Shown: piece by piece, positions 10,849-21,127 of the stretch
How positions within the stretch are numbered: position 1 is the first letter of the stretch
How the letters are laid out: the number at the start of each line of letters is the position of its first letter
NCBI GenBank assembly: GCA_963789265.1
Contig: CAWBKB010000003.1
Span: forward strand, 1 to 64,000
Source of the DNA: an uncultured delta proteobacterium
Lineage (GTDB): Bacteria; Desulfobacterota; Desulfomonilia; Desulfomonilales; Desulfomonilaceae
Length of the DNA: 64,000 nt
Direction: 5' to 3'
Notes under the pieces: generated by a model
The model's input: the letters and a program-made list of their open reading frames with translations, nothing else
The model's database searches: none
Told to the model about the DNA's origin: nothing
Translations under genes and position numbers: made by a program

Positions 10849-11828
10849 GACAATACCCTCCTTGATACTCATGAAATTTGTAACACGCGAAAATCGTGGG
10901 ATTTGTTTTCCCTATATCCACAGCGAAGGGGATAGTCAAGAAAAGATGATGGACGACATCATTAATAACGGAGTGGTTTTGCATGGGGGACAAATCGTCG
11001 GTTGGGGAGATGTCCGGCCGGCGGAACATTGAGACGAGCGGTGGTGTCGAATGTTAACCGCTAGGCCCTAAGCGCCGAATGCGCGTACGTCAAGCCATAC
11101 TAGCGACCCCTACGGCTGCACCCTGCCCGCGGATATACGCCTAAGCCACAAGCTGAACGTTTATCGTACTGGGCGGGGCCAGGCGTTAGCGGAACCCTTG
11201 AGGCCATGCTCAATTTCTTGAATCCACGTCGATAGGCCGCGTTCTTCGGACCGGCAAATCTGTAGCAGGGAACGCCGCCAGTGACCACGGAGACCTTCAC
11301 GATACTGTCGAAGCTATAAGCTCTCGCGCTCCGTCCAGAATCGAGGTACGTAAATAGGTGAAGCGTACGGACCGAGACGGGAAAGCTCGTATCTGACGAG
11401 AAAGAAGATTCCCTCGTGGTTCCTATGGGCTGTTTTGATTTGGTCATTCTCTCACGCCCCTTAAAAGCCCGTATAGCATAGGTGTCACTTTGACAAAGCA
11501 CCTCTTCGCGAGTCCCTCGTTACCGGCTGCTTAAACCAATGACCTCGGCAAAGACTCTTCAAACTCCCCCCTCCTTGTCCAGAAATCATGATTCACCGCC
11601 CCTAAGCTACGCACTAATTGCACTACATTGGCACTTTGCGATACCTTTCGACGCGTCATCACCACTGCTACATCGGATTGATCACACGTAACTCACCTAC
11701 CTTGCCGTAATATTATGCAATTATTGACAAAAAACCACGAAAAGTTTTTGCTTTCTTGACCAATTTGGGGGAAGCTAAGGTTAGCTACAAACACCAATTA
11801 AATAAGGATGTTGACATCAAACAATAAA

Positions 11829-11994
11829 GTGTGTGCCAGGCGAGCAAACGAGGAAGTCGGGCGGTAAGACTCCGTCAACCCCGAAACGCCGACGAGGGAC
11901 AATGATCCCCACGACCCGGTGAGAAGAAGGGGACAGGTCAGGGAGACGCAACCTGGCCGATGCAAGCCAAATACAACCTTCGCCAGATACACAT
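11829..11994 (+). ncRNA. Candidate structured RNA or ssDNA element of unknown family
   Basis: Closing stem GTGTGT..GGCGAG (11829-11844) pairs with TTCGCC..ACACAT (11979-11994) and encloses GGCGG/CCGTC, GTCGG/CCGAC, GGGA/TCCC and GGTCAGG/CCTGGCC helices. Confidence 0.4.
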
Positions 11995-12017
11995 GGGAGC
12001 CGTTCGGCTCCCTTTCT
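11995..12017 (+). terminator. Terminator-like hairpin
   Basis: GGGAGCC-GTTC-GGCTCCC followed by TTTCT. Confidence 0.6.
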
Positions 12018-12036
12018 CATCAGGCAGGACAATACA

Positions 12037-12432
12037 ATGAATGCAGTGAACAAAGCAGCAAAGAAGGTCCTGGAAATACTTACACAGGGACTGAACCATC
12101 CCGGGGATCACAAAAGACTCGACAACTCCTCCGGCTCTTTCATGGCTGTCTCTGTAGAGCACATTGGATGGTGCGGCCATGATCCTCTTTTCAGCGTAGC
12201 ACACTATTACAAGCAGTACGGCGATCTGATGCGAGATCCGGAGATGATATTTCTCCGACAGGCTGGAGAGTACTATCCTGTCTACTTTAGACAGAATGGG
12301 CTTCCCTTTGAGGAGCGTTCAGTCGTTTACGACAATGATGGGGTGATTCGATACTACCCGATGCTACAGAGGGAGCACGCCCGCTTCGCCAATACCTGGA
12401 TGCGTAATATCAAGAACCAACAGGGTTTATAG
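12037..12432 (+). CDS. DUF6908-like mobile-element protein
   Basis: Motif SVAHYYKQYGDLMRDPEM and C-terminal FANTWMRNIKNQQ. Confidence 0.7.
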   Translation: MNAVNKAAKKVLEILTQGLNHPGDHKRLDNSSGSFMAVSVEHIGWCGHDPLFSVAHYYKQYGDLMRDPEMIFLRQAGEYYPVYFRQNGLPFEERSVVYDNDGVIRYYPMLQREHARFANTWMRNIKNQQGL

Positions 12433-12450
12433 AAGAAAGGAAGGCAGATT

Positions 12451-12717
12451 ATGGTCGCGATCTCTCCGAAAGGATTGGATCTTGAGCGTCCCGATTTGGG
12501 GGTCAAACTGCTCGACATCAAAGATCCGTTCCGGAGGAACCGTTCCGGGCGGATATTGTGGTGCGTGGCAGAGTTCATGCCGATATGTATCTGGCCGCGA
12601 CACTCCGTTTCAACGCACTGGGATCGACTGAAGGCAAAGGCTAGGCCGGGAAACTCCGGATTCATCCACAGGGTCTTCGACGACGTCATTTATGTGCGCA
12701 TGGATGACTACATGTAG
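12451..12717 (+). CDS. Hypothetical protein, 88 aa
   Basis: Co-directional ORF with a purine-rich RBS in the element operon. Confidence 0.5.
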   Translation: MVAISPKGLDLERPDLGVKLLDIKDPFRRNRSGRILWCVAEFMPICIWPRHSVSTHWDRLKAKARPGNSGFIHRVFDDVIYVRMDDYM

Positions 12718-12791
12718 GATCACTCCAAAAACCACTCCCATTCAACGCTTGCAAGGACCAAGATCTTAAACCCCAATATTAGGAGGTACTT

Positions 12792-13472
12792 ATGAGGCTT
12801 TGCGGATACACTCGAGTCTCCACCATTGAGCAGGTTAGAGGCGGTGTAAGCCTTCAATTTCAGCGAGCAAAAGTCGAACTCTACGCTAAATTGGAGCCCG
12901 AAATGGACCTTATTGAGGTGATATCAGATCCCGGTTGCTCCGGGTCTTCCATCCAAGGGAGGCCAGGAATACAGAGGGTTCTTGAACTGGTCAAGAGCAA
13001 ACAGATCGATGCAGTGGTGGTCTTCAAACTGGACAGACTTTCCAGGTCCACCATCGACATGCTGGAGATGGCCAAGTTCATGGACCGGCACAAGGTCTCG
13101 TTGCACTCCATCAGCGAGAAGCTCGATACGGCCAGTGCGGTAGGAAAATTCTTTTTCACGCTCCTGAGCGCTCTCGCGGAAATGGAGAGACAAATGACAC
13201 GCGAGCGCATCTTGACCGCTTTCAGCCACAAGCGAGAGCGGGGTGAGCCACTAAATGGAAATCCAGAATACGGTTATGAAATCGTAGACAATAGAGTCAT
13301 TCCCAGCCCGGAAGAGCAGAAGACAATCGGACGTATCCGTAAGCTACGATCCCGAGGGCTCACATTGGACACGATTGGCGAGGTCTTGGCCAAGGAAGGG
13401 AAACTTAACCGCAAGAATAAGCCATTCGCAAGGACCCAAATCTACAACATTCTGAAAAGAAAAGTGGCTTAA
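12792..13472 (+). CDS. Serine recombinase (resolvase domain plus short recombinase-type DNA-binding domain)
   Basis: YTRVST catalytic Ser, RPG, KLDRLSRS and AEMER motifs; AGGAGG RBS. Confidence 0.92.
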   Translation: MRLCGYTRVSTIEQVRGGVSLQFQRAKVELYAKLEPEMDLIEVISDPGCSGSSIQGRPGIQRVLELVKSKQIDAVVVFKLDRLSRSTIDMLEMAKFMDRHKVSLHSISEKLDTASAVGKFFFTLLSALAEMERQMTRERILTAFSHKRERGEPLNGNPEYGYEIVDNRVIPSPEEQKTIGRIRKLRSRGLTLDTIGEVLAKEGKLNRKNKPFARTQIYNILKRKVA

Positions 13473-13592
13473 CGAGGCATTTCAGTCCCACGCACTGTGA
13501 TTTACGCGGACAGGGTAGCTGCCCGCTGCCGAACACTCCCGATCCAATCCCCCCTCAACACCACTACAACTACACCACAGGAGGAAAATATC

Positions 13593-14063
13593 ATGGCCAA
13601 GAATAAGCATAAAGGCGGTTCTACGTCAAAAACCGACTCCATACGAGAGCTTCTCCGCGAACATCCTGGTGGGGAAAATGACATCGAAACCACTCCGGAA
13701 AATCCGGCAACAGATGCCTCTACACCCACCATAAACTCATCAATGCCCTCAGAGTCGAATGAGGCCGCCGCACGACCCGGGACGGTACCACCGCCCATGA
13801 GTCGCCCGCAGTTCAATACTTGGGTTACTGCTTATATTCTCGCCGACTGCGCGGTCCAACATGACTCGGGCGGCGTGTACGATGTCCTGGCCAGGAACTT
13901 CGCTGACTCCGGCGCACTCTCCTGGTTCCTCCACAGAATTGGCCATGTAGATATGACCAAACTCGGCCGGAGAAAAGACCTCTTCGATTATCTCCGCCTG
14001 GTTTCAAATGCTCTGCACCGAGAACTCAAGCGTGACCTGGGCCGGCCCGTGGCCAGAATGTAA
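13593..14063 (+). CDS. Hypothetical protein
   Basis: AGGAGG RBS before the ATG at 13593. Followed by hairpin GTCGGTGGAAGG/CCTTCTACCGAC at about 14070-14099. Confidence 0.65.
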   Translation: MAKNKHKGGSTSKTDSIRELLREHPGGENDIETTPENPATDASTPTINSSMPSESNEAAARPGTVPPPMSRPQFNTWVTAYILADCAVQHDSGGVYDVLARNFADSGALSWFLHRIGHVDMTKLGRRKDLFDYLRLVSNALHRELKRDLGRPVARM

Positions 14064-14145
14064 TCCGGTGTCGGTGGAAGGCCAACACCTTCTACCGACC
14101 TACCCTACCCTGACCATTCTCAATTCCTGTACCAGGAGAGCATCA

Positions 14146-14634
14146 ATGGTTTACGACAGTGACCAACTCAAGGCAGTGGCAATGACCGTCATGCGCATAG
14201 CCAAGGAGAATTTGCAGAAAGATGGCCGCTTGGACGCGTGCGGTTTGATTTTCACCACGTCAGGTCTGGCCAAGACAGTTGAGTTCAAATTCAAAGGCCT
14301 CAAGCAAAAGCGGAAAATCCAGGCCAACTTCGGATTTGAGGTCATGAAACAGGGAGGGGTCGCGGTAATCGTCGTGATGGAGACCTGGTTTGCTTCTCAT
14401 CCACACGTGCCCGCGGATTTCACCAAATCTCTTGCTGACTATCCCTGGCATAAGGAGGCGATTCTCGTCGAAGGATCATCCTTGACCGGTACCAGAGTTC
14501 TCATGCTTCAGCCGTTCCACAGAGAGGGATCAGCAATAGTGTTTGATGAGCTTGTCATTCCGGACGAGACGTTTTCATGGGAGAGTGAGTGGACCTCCGG
14601 CCTTTGGGATCACATCACGGAGGGGAAAGCATGA
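14146..14634 (+). CDS. Hypothetical protein
   Basis: AGGAG RBS; globular alpha/beta composition (VIVVMETW..KEAILV). Confidence 0.7.
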   Translation: MVYDSDQLKAVAMTVMRIAKENLQKDGRLDACGLIFTTSGLAKTVEFKFKGLKQKRKIQANFGFEVMKQGGVAVIVVMETWFASHPHVPADFTKSLADYPWHKEAILVEGSSLTGTRVLMLQPFHREGSAIVFDELVIPDETFSWESEWTSGLWDHITEGKA

Positions 14635-14806
14635 TTCTTTCGCCACCTCAGCCCAGAAACCCCACAGAAATCTATCCAGAAGATAACGAAAAGTAGCTCC
14701 GATTAAACACTTTCTCGCTCGATCTCATTTTTTCAGTACCAGCTTCAAATTTTTCGGAGGGTCTTACGGCCCTGAAACCGTTCTCTCCTAAAACTGGAGA
14801 GATCCT

Positions 14807-15116
14807 ATGAAGCTGCTGTACCTCCTCCCAAGAAGTCTGTGAAATGCTTGGCGTAAACATCAAGGTCATTTACCGGCATATCAAGGAGAAGAAGTTGGGC
14901 TACGTGAAGGTCCACAGCAAAGGATTTCATTTCACCCATGAGCAGATCGAGGACCTCATCAAATTGCTGACAATCCCGGCCAGGGCTTCGGACGTGAAAG
15001 GTGGCGCTGTTCAGTCTGTTCGAGAAAAGGCCCGAAAACCGGTGACAAAGCCGAAAGCCAAACACCCGGCCGTTGACAAGGCGACCCTCAGAAAGGAGAT
15101 GCGAGAATGGCAGTGA
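14807..15116 (+). CDS. Excisionase-like helix-turn-helix protein with a 5' frameshift
   Basis: QEVCEMLGVNIKVIYRHIKEKKL..FHFTHEQIEDL MerR-type HTH; overlaps the integrase start. Confidence 0.75.
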
Positions 15117-16271
15117 GGAGGAGGGGCGATAGAGTACCACATCAGGTTTCGCCACGAAAAGAAGGAGATATGGGTCACAACCTCGGCTACGCTTAAGCGC
15201 GATGCCCAAACCATTGAACTGGCTGTCAAGCGGGCGATCAGACCAAGAGATTTCTCTAACCTGGATATGGAATCTAGAGTGGTCTGCATCCGCCTATTCC
15301 AAAATCAGAACTGGAGAATACCGGAAGCCCTTCTCGACACCGGACTGGGACATTCGATCGGATCCGTCATCAAGGAAGAACTCCTGCTCTGGAAGGCCAT
15401 CGAACTCTGCCTCAAGTATCCCGAAGTCAAGGCGAGCCCGAACCGTGAACGTCATATAGCCGCGTTCGCTAATATTGTTGACAAGTTCGGGAAGAACTAT
15501 CCGGTGAAGAACATCTGGATTCCCCAGATCAAAGAATACCAGATCCATCGGCTTGACCAGGGAGCCAAACCGAGCACCATCAACAAAGAGAAGGCCGCTC
15601 TCTCCAAGATGTTCCAAGTACTGGTCGAACTTCAGTATGTTGATGTCAATCCAGCGCGGCAGGTGAGAGACCTTTCAGAAAAGACCAGCGAGCGCCAAAT
15701 CTATATAAGCTACAAGGACTATTGTCAGATTATTGACCTGGTACCGACATGGTTACGGCCGATCATTCAGACAGCGTACTACACTGGGATGCGCCGCGGA
15801 GAGATTATGAACCTTAAAGGAGGCGATGTTGATCTCTCGCGGAGAATCATCCGCATAGAGGCTGCGATGACCAAGGAACGTCAATGGAAGCGAGTTCCCA
15901 TTCATCGAGACCTGGTTTATATACTCCAAGAAGTGGTCAAGGTACGATCCCTCGCCACGTCGAAGATTTTCTTGCTTGACGGCCGGCCCGTGTCACCAGA
16001 CTCGATAAGGAAGCCTTGGATCGAGGCAGTAACAAAAATCGGTCTCGACCCTGCGCCGACCTTTCATGGCCTGCGGCATACGTGGAAAACTAATGCGAGG
16101 CGCTCCGGTATGGACCCAGACATACGAGAAGCTATCATGGGCCACGGAGACAGGGCTAGAAGCGTGAGCGAGAGATATGGTCATATAAGCGATCAGGAAC
16201 TCATCAAGGCGATAAATCTGATGACCTTTGATCACGGGGAGACAGAAATATGGGTATCAACCCCAAAATAA
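15107..16271 (+). CDS. Tyrosine recombinase / phage-type integrase (1-nt indel near the 5' end)
   Basis: TGMRRGE, TK, FHGLRH, MGH and RY catalytic motifs. The frame is open from 15117 (EYHIRFRH..), and an ATG at 15107 in another frame supplies MAVRRRG. Confidence 0.92.
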
Positions 16272-16326
16272 AGATCCTCGGGAGGAGAAAGCTCCCCAGA
16301 ATCGGTGAAATTAACCCGTTGAAAAG

Positions 16327-16351
16327 AAAACGGGGGCAAAACGGGGGCAAA
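16327..16351 (+). promoter_or_regulatory. Tandem direct repeat, putative integrase arm-type binding sites
   Basis: AAAACGGGGGC x2 between the integrase stop and the tRNA. Confidence 0.55.
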
Positions 16352-16416
16352 CTCAAAGAGAACGAAAAACAGGGCATCAACTATTAGAGATAACGCCCTG
16401 CAATTACATGCTTTAG

Positions 16417-16493
<77 letters not shown>

Positions 16494-16520
16494 GCAGATG
16501 GCTGGCGGATCTGCTGCGTC

Positions 16521-16595
16521 TGGTAGGCGGAACAGGATTTGAACCTGTGACCCCCGGCTTGTAAGGCCGGTGCTCTCCCGCTGAGCTACCCGCCC
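16521..16595 (-). tRNA. tRNA-Val(TAC)
   Basis: GGGCGGGTAGCTCAGCGGGAGAGCACCGGCCT-TAC-AAGCCGGGGGTCACAGGTTCAAATCCTGTTCCGCCTACCA. Confidence 0.98.
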
Positions 16596-16735
16596 CTATC
16601 AGGTTTCAGCAGCTTACAGAGATCCTTTGCAGCACCAGCCTTTCAGAATAGCGAGTGAATGCCGAGGTGTCAAGAGAAATCAAAAAACCAGTGTGTGAGC
16701 CGTTAAATCAAGCTGAAAGGCTAAGAAATCTACCT

Positions 16736-16818
16736 TACCGCAGAGAACGCGGAGGACGCAAAGAGTAGGAAAAGAGTTTATGTAATCTTTCTCAGCGATC
16801 TCTGCGATCTCCGCGGTG
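16736..16818. repeat. Imperfect palindromic element
   Basis: ACCGCAGAGAACGCGGAGGACGCAAAGAG ... CTCAGCGATCTCTGCGATCTCCGCGGT, made of inverted 9-mer iterations. Confidence 0.6.
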
Positions 16819-16834
16819 AGATATCTCTTGATGC

Positions 16835-17197
16835 TCAATCTTCCTTCTCGTCTTCACCAATTTCGGCCAACTGGTGGAGCGCCTCATTTACGAGTATGAA
16901 TAACACCGCCTCACCCTTCCCTTTTACACCCGGCATATCCAAATGCCCGCCCTTCAGAATGTTGTCCACAATCACTTCAATCCCCTCGCGATCAAGGCCG
17001 GGGAGATCAAGCGTGGTAACCAACTCGGCTGCGGTTATCCAATCCATGTTCAGCTCACGGACCGGTTCGTCGGCTCCGGCAACAAGCGCTGTCACCCCGA
17101 AATCCGTCTCGGCCCAGGACACGGAAACCTCGTCCCCTGTTTCCGTTCGTCCGATCCCTTTATAGAAACGAATCGTCATTTGTTGTGGACTGGGCAC
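16835..17197 (-). CDS. Hypothetical acidic protein
   Basis: 120-aa ORF with normal codon use; start uncertain. Confidence 0.6.
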   Translation of the reverse strand: MPSPQQMTIRFYKGIGRTETGDEVSVSWAETDFGVTALVAGADEPVRELNMDWITAAELVTTLDLPGLDREGIEVIVDNILKGGHLDMPGVKGKGEAVLFILVNEALHQLAEIGEDEKED

Positions 17198-17215
17198 AAA
17201 ACGACCGGCAAGATA

Positions 17216-17425
17216 AAACTATCTCAAAACTCATTTGACGCGACAAATCGTGCCACGACTAAGCCTGATTCGGATTTTCGATACCCTCACCCCAGCCCTC
17301 TCCCAGAGGGAGAGGGAGCTGTTACCAGAGCCGCTATTAAAGTGCCCTCGCCCTTCGGGAGAGGGGCAGGGTGAGGGAAATTCGTGTTGCGATTTCGGCT
17401 GGTTCAACGGTTTTGCGACGGGTTC
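17216..17425 (+). mobile_element. MITE copy 1 (most diverged)
   Basis: Ends AAACTATCTCAAAAC ... GTTTTGCGACGGGTT; internal CCCTCACCCCAGCCCTCTCCC..GGGAGAGGGGCAGGGTGAGGG; colinear with the copies at 26622 and 62506. Confidence 0.8.
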
Positions 17426-17518
17426 AGATGCCGGTCCTGGTGTTCTCTCTGAACCGGCAGGATGCCGGTCCTACTCGTGCCAGGGCAGGCATCGAGCCAC
17501 AGGTGGTCGGGTTCAGGG

Positions 17519-18926
17519 CTATTGCACGGCGTGGGCCAGCCCATGCTTCTTTATCTTACTATAAAGAGTGCTTCTGCTTATCCCCATCATTTGGGCCGCC
17601 TTGAACTTGTTCCAGCCGCATCTCTCCAGGACGGACTGCACATGATCCCTTTCCAACCTGTCCAAGTTGGCCGTCTGGTTGGGTGAATCACAAGAAGGAC
17701 CTTCAATGCGCAATTCCGTGGGCAAGTCCTCCGAGCGGATCACGTCCTCTTTTGCCAAAACCATGGAACGCTCAACAGCATTCTCCAATTCTCGCACGTT
17801 GCCCGGCCAGTAATGACCGAACATAAGATCCATGGCATGGGTAGAAAACGACCGGATATTCTTGCCCAGACGCTCATTGTAGTGGTCAATGAAGTTTCCA
17901 ATGAGTTGAGGGATGTCTTCTTTCCTTTCCCTGAGCGGTGGAACCTGGATAGCGATGACGTTGAGCCGCCAGGTACAGATCCTCCCGAAAGACTCCCTGC
18001 ACCATAGCCTTTTTCAAATCCCTATTCGTCGCCGCGATGATTCTTGCGTCGGTCGAAAGCGTCTGCTCTCCGCCCACTCGCTCAAACTTTCTTTCCTGAA
18101 TGACCCGCAACAGAATAACTTGCGTGGGAAGGCTTATTTCTCCGATTTCGTCCAGAAATATGGTTCCGCCGTCCGCCTGCTCGAAACGTCCCGGTTTTCT
18201 GCGGATGGCCCCTGTAAAAGCTCCTTTTTCGTGGCCGAAAAGCTCGGAATGCAGCAACGTTTCCGCGTACGCAGCGCAGTTTATGACCACAAAAGGCCCG
18301 CCGCTCCTCGCGCTTTCTTGATGGATAGTCCTGGCGACAACTTCTTTTCCTGTTCCTGATTCACCCTGTATCAAGACGTGCGAATCAGAAGTGGATATGT
18401 CCAAGATCAGCTCGCAGATTCGTCTCATCTCAGGAGACCGGCCGAGAAGATTGCGAAGATTTTCCAGCCGGTCCAGAGTTCGGGTCAGCTTTCGATTTAC
18501 TTGCCGCTCGTGGCTCAAACTGCGGTAAAGCGATCGTATCCTGAGCATGGCGTTTACCCGAGCGATTAACTCGTCCGGCTCGTACGGTTTTGTGAGATAA
18601 TCGTCGCCGCCCTTGTCGAGGCCTTCAATCTTGGCCGCCAGCGTGTCATGAACCGTGAAGATGATGACAGGTATGTACTGGTATTCAGGATGGGCCTTCA
18701 GTTTACTTGCCAATTCCAAACCGTCCATTCCCGGGAGGTTGACGTCGAGCAGGATCACGTCGGGACAGGCACGGTCTTTTTGCTCGAGTAAGGCAAGCCC
18801 CTCCTCGGAGGAAACTGCCAAATCGGCCTGGAAACCCGCTGATTCTAGAAGTTGCAGGGTGAAAGGGCCATTGTACGGGTCATCTTCGATAATGAGGACA
18901 TGGCCGGCATCATGTGCGCGATCCAT
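17519..18926 (-). CDS. Sigma54-dependent response regulator (REC-AAA+-Fis HTH), frameshift near 17970
   Basis: LLDVNLP receiver domain, [30 protein letters not shown] and GISRSTLY. Confidence 0.92.
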
Positions 18927-18989
18927 CGTGTAAGCCTATATCAAACAAAATGGCAGCCATGCTTGGGGCAGGACCACACCGATTTAGTT

Positions 18990-19889
18990 TCACCAAGGAG
19001 GCTGTTTAGAGCCCACCGGCGATATTTCCTTGTCGGCAGTGCGCGGGTTCACCTTATTTTCCCTGGGTTTCCGCACAAGCTTGTCGTAAGTTTTGGCAAT
19101 GTGAAGAAAATTTTTGAGCAACAGCCCTCCATCAGGCCGGGACTTAAGCCAGTATTCGGTATGCGCTTGGACCCCGTAAGCCGGCTTTGTAGGATGCCTT
19201 ATGATCTGATACTTGCACAGTTCGTTTCCGGCTAATCTAATGAAGCCCGGCGGCATTCTCTTAACCTCGTCGTAATGATTCTCCACTAGATTCAGGGTCT
19301 TTCCCATTCCCTGAAAAAGGGGATCATCCGCCGTCACATTCATGTTGTGACGTCCTCTTTCCGTCGGGTTCTTTCCGTACGGAAAACAGTCATCTTCTCC
19401 GCCACGGATCGGGCCGACCTTTCCCCCGAACGCCAAAGCCAAGGCTTGATGACCGCCGCAGATGCCGATGACCGGGATGTTCATCTCTTCCACTATAATC
19501 TTCAAATCGCGCAAAAAGTTTTCCAACTCGACGCCGTTGCGGCCTTTGTAACGACACCAGGGTATTCCATTGGGGCTCAAAGCGAGAAAAGCCGGCTGCA
19601 GTTTTGCCATGTTCTCCGTCGTGACCTCGCGGTAAGGCAACACAATCCCCTGCCCTTCCGCTCCAAGACGGGCAAAGGTGTCTCGAATCCTGACCGCCTG
19701 CTTGGATGTGCGGCCGGTGAACAGGTTCACCACAACCCACACTTGGGAAGATTTCAGTGAAGCCTCTTGAACAGGCCGTGCCCCGAGAGGATTTCTATCG
19801 TAACCTTTTCTCCTGCACACTCCCTGGTCGATCATGCACATTGACAAGGCGAGGACCGCACAGACGTAGAACCACGAGCGCAAACTCAT
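18990..19889 (-). CDS. Class I glutamine amidotransferase-like protein with a signal-peptide-like N-terminus
   Basis: GICGGHQ nucleophile elbow, HYDEV and GVQAHTE (Cys-His-Glu triad). Confidence 0.8.
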   Translation of the reverse strand: MSLRSWFYVCAVLALSMCMIDQGVCRRKGYDRNPLGARPVQEASLKSSQVWVVVNLFTGRTSKQAVRIRDTFARLGAEGQGIVLPYREVTTENMAKLQPAFLALSPNGIPWCRYKGRNGVELENFLRDLKIIVEEMNIPVIGICGGHQALALAFGGKVGPIRGGEDDCFPYGKNPTERGRHNMNVTADDPLFQGMGKTLNLVENHYDEVKRMPPGFIRLAGNELCKYQIIRHPTKPAYGVQAHTEYWLKSRPDGGLLLKNFLHIAKTYDKLVRKPRENKVNPRTADKEISPVGSKQPPW

Positions 19890-20184
19890 TCCCAATACCC
19901 CTTTACAATTCAAAAACAACTATGTCACACTTCGTATTTGACAACAAAACGGCCGAAAAGTAAAGAACTAAATATCCGAAGATTAGCACAGCTAGTGATA
20001 CATCATCTTATCATAAGCAATCAACATGCCGGAATATAGAAATTATGTCATTTAGTCGACAAACAGGCCCAGGAGGCGAAGTCAGCAATCGTGCCCGGGC
20101 GATACGTAATCACATTACGGCTATGGCTGCAAGCAATACTTCGTCACTTGCAGGTCATGCCGCAGAGCCGGAGTGCTGAAGACG

Positions 20185-21111
20185 TTATTCTTCCTTCCAG
20201 GCGTGAAAGACTTTGACGGGCCGTATGGAGACGTCGGGGCCTCCCGGTTCCGGCCGAACCAGAATCAGGATGCTCCCGTTGCCGGAAACAATCTTAAAAA
20301 GCCGTACCGGTTTGTCGGGAGTCACCCCTGCCAAGGCCAAGCGGCTTCTTGGAACCGCAACGGGGGCCCCTTGCATGAGCTTGCGTATTTCGGTCGGCAA
20401 TGCCGGCAAATCCGGAATATGCGCCAAGGCATCCGGCAAGCTGATAATGTGGTGAGATATTGCATCGGCCCCTCCAGTGGAACACTCGTCAAGTGTCATG
20501 GCGTCTCCCACGTTGAAAGGACCGCTCGCCGTTCTCCGAAGTCTTTCCAGTCTCCCTCCCACACCAATATCGTTGCCGATGTCTCTTGCCAGCGAGCGAG
20601 CATAAGTCCCTTTTGAGCATATCAGGTCAAGTTCCAACAAAGGCGGGTCCCAGCCTGTCACCACAAGGCTGAATACCTCCACGACTCGTGGAGAAAGATC
20701 GGGAAATATCCCCTTGCGGGCTAGCTTGTAAAGCGGTACCCCTTCCTTCTTGATGGCCGAATAGTGTGGCGGTACCTGGTCCAGCACTCCCTGGTATCCT
20801 GAAACTACTTCCTCTATTCTGGCTAGACTTATGCCGGAAGCATCCGCCTCTCGGACGAGGTTTCCATCCCTGTCGCCGGTATCGGTCTCTTCACCCAGCA
20901 AGACCGTCAGTTCATATCTCTTGCGGCTCTCGTCCAGATAATCCAGGGCTCGTGTTCCTGCTCCGATGAGGATCACCATGAGACCGGTGGCGGCAGGGTC
21001 CAGCGTGCCGGTATGCCCTACTTTGGCAGGTCTGATACGGCCCTTGACAATTCTGACCACCTCATTGGAGGTAATCCCTTCGGGTTTGTCGACTAGTAGT
21101 ATTCCGTGCAT
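20185..21111 (-). CDS. truB: tRNA pseudouridine(55) synthase
   Basis: DKPEGITS, KVGHTGTLDP, QVPPHYSAIK and CSKGTYARSL. Confidence 0.97.
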   Translation of the reverse strand: MHGILLVDKPEGITSNEVVRIVKGRIRPAKVGHTGTLDPAATGLMVILIGAGTRALDYLDESRKRYELTVLLGEETDTGDRDGNLVREADASGISLARIEEVVSGYQGVLDQVPPHYSAIKKEGVPLYKLARKGIFPDLSPRVVEVFSLVVTGWDPPLLELDLICSKGTYARSLARDIGNDIGVGGRLERLRRTASGPFNVGDAMTLDECSTGGADAISHHIISLPDALAHIPDLPALPTEIRKLMQGAPVAVPRSRLALAGVTPDKPVRLFKIVSGNGSILILVRPEPGGPDVSIRPVKVFHAWKEE

Positions 21112-21127
21112 CGGATCGGCACATTTT

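Larger units (their letters stand above)
12037..16416 (+). mobile_element. Integrative element adjacent to the 3' end of tRNA-Asp; left boundary undefined
   Basis: xis-int cassette ends about 145 bp from the tRNA CCA end; also carries a serine recombinase and hypothetical genes. Confidence 0.75.

Noticed and set aside
11100..11501. Minus-strand 133-aa ORF in the island's intergenic region
   Set aside because: No recognisable motif, weak RBS and atypical composition; insufficient support.
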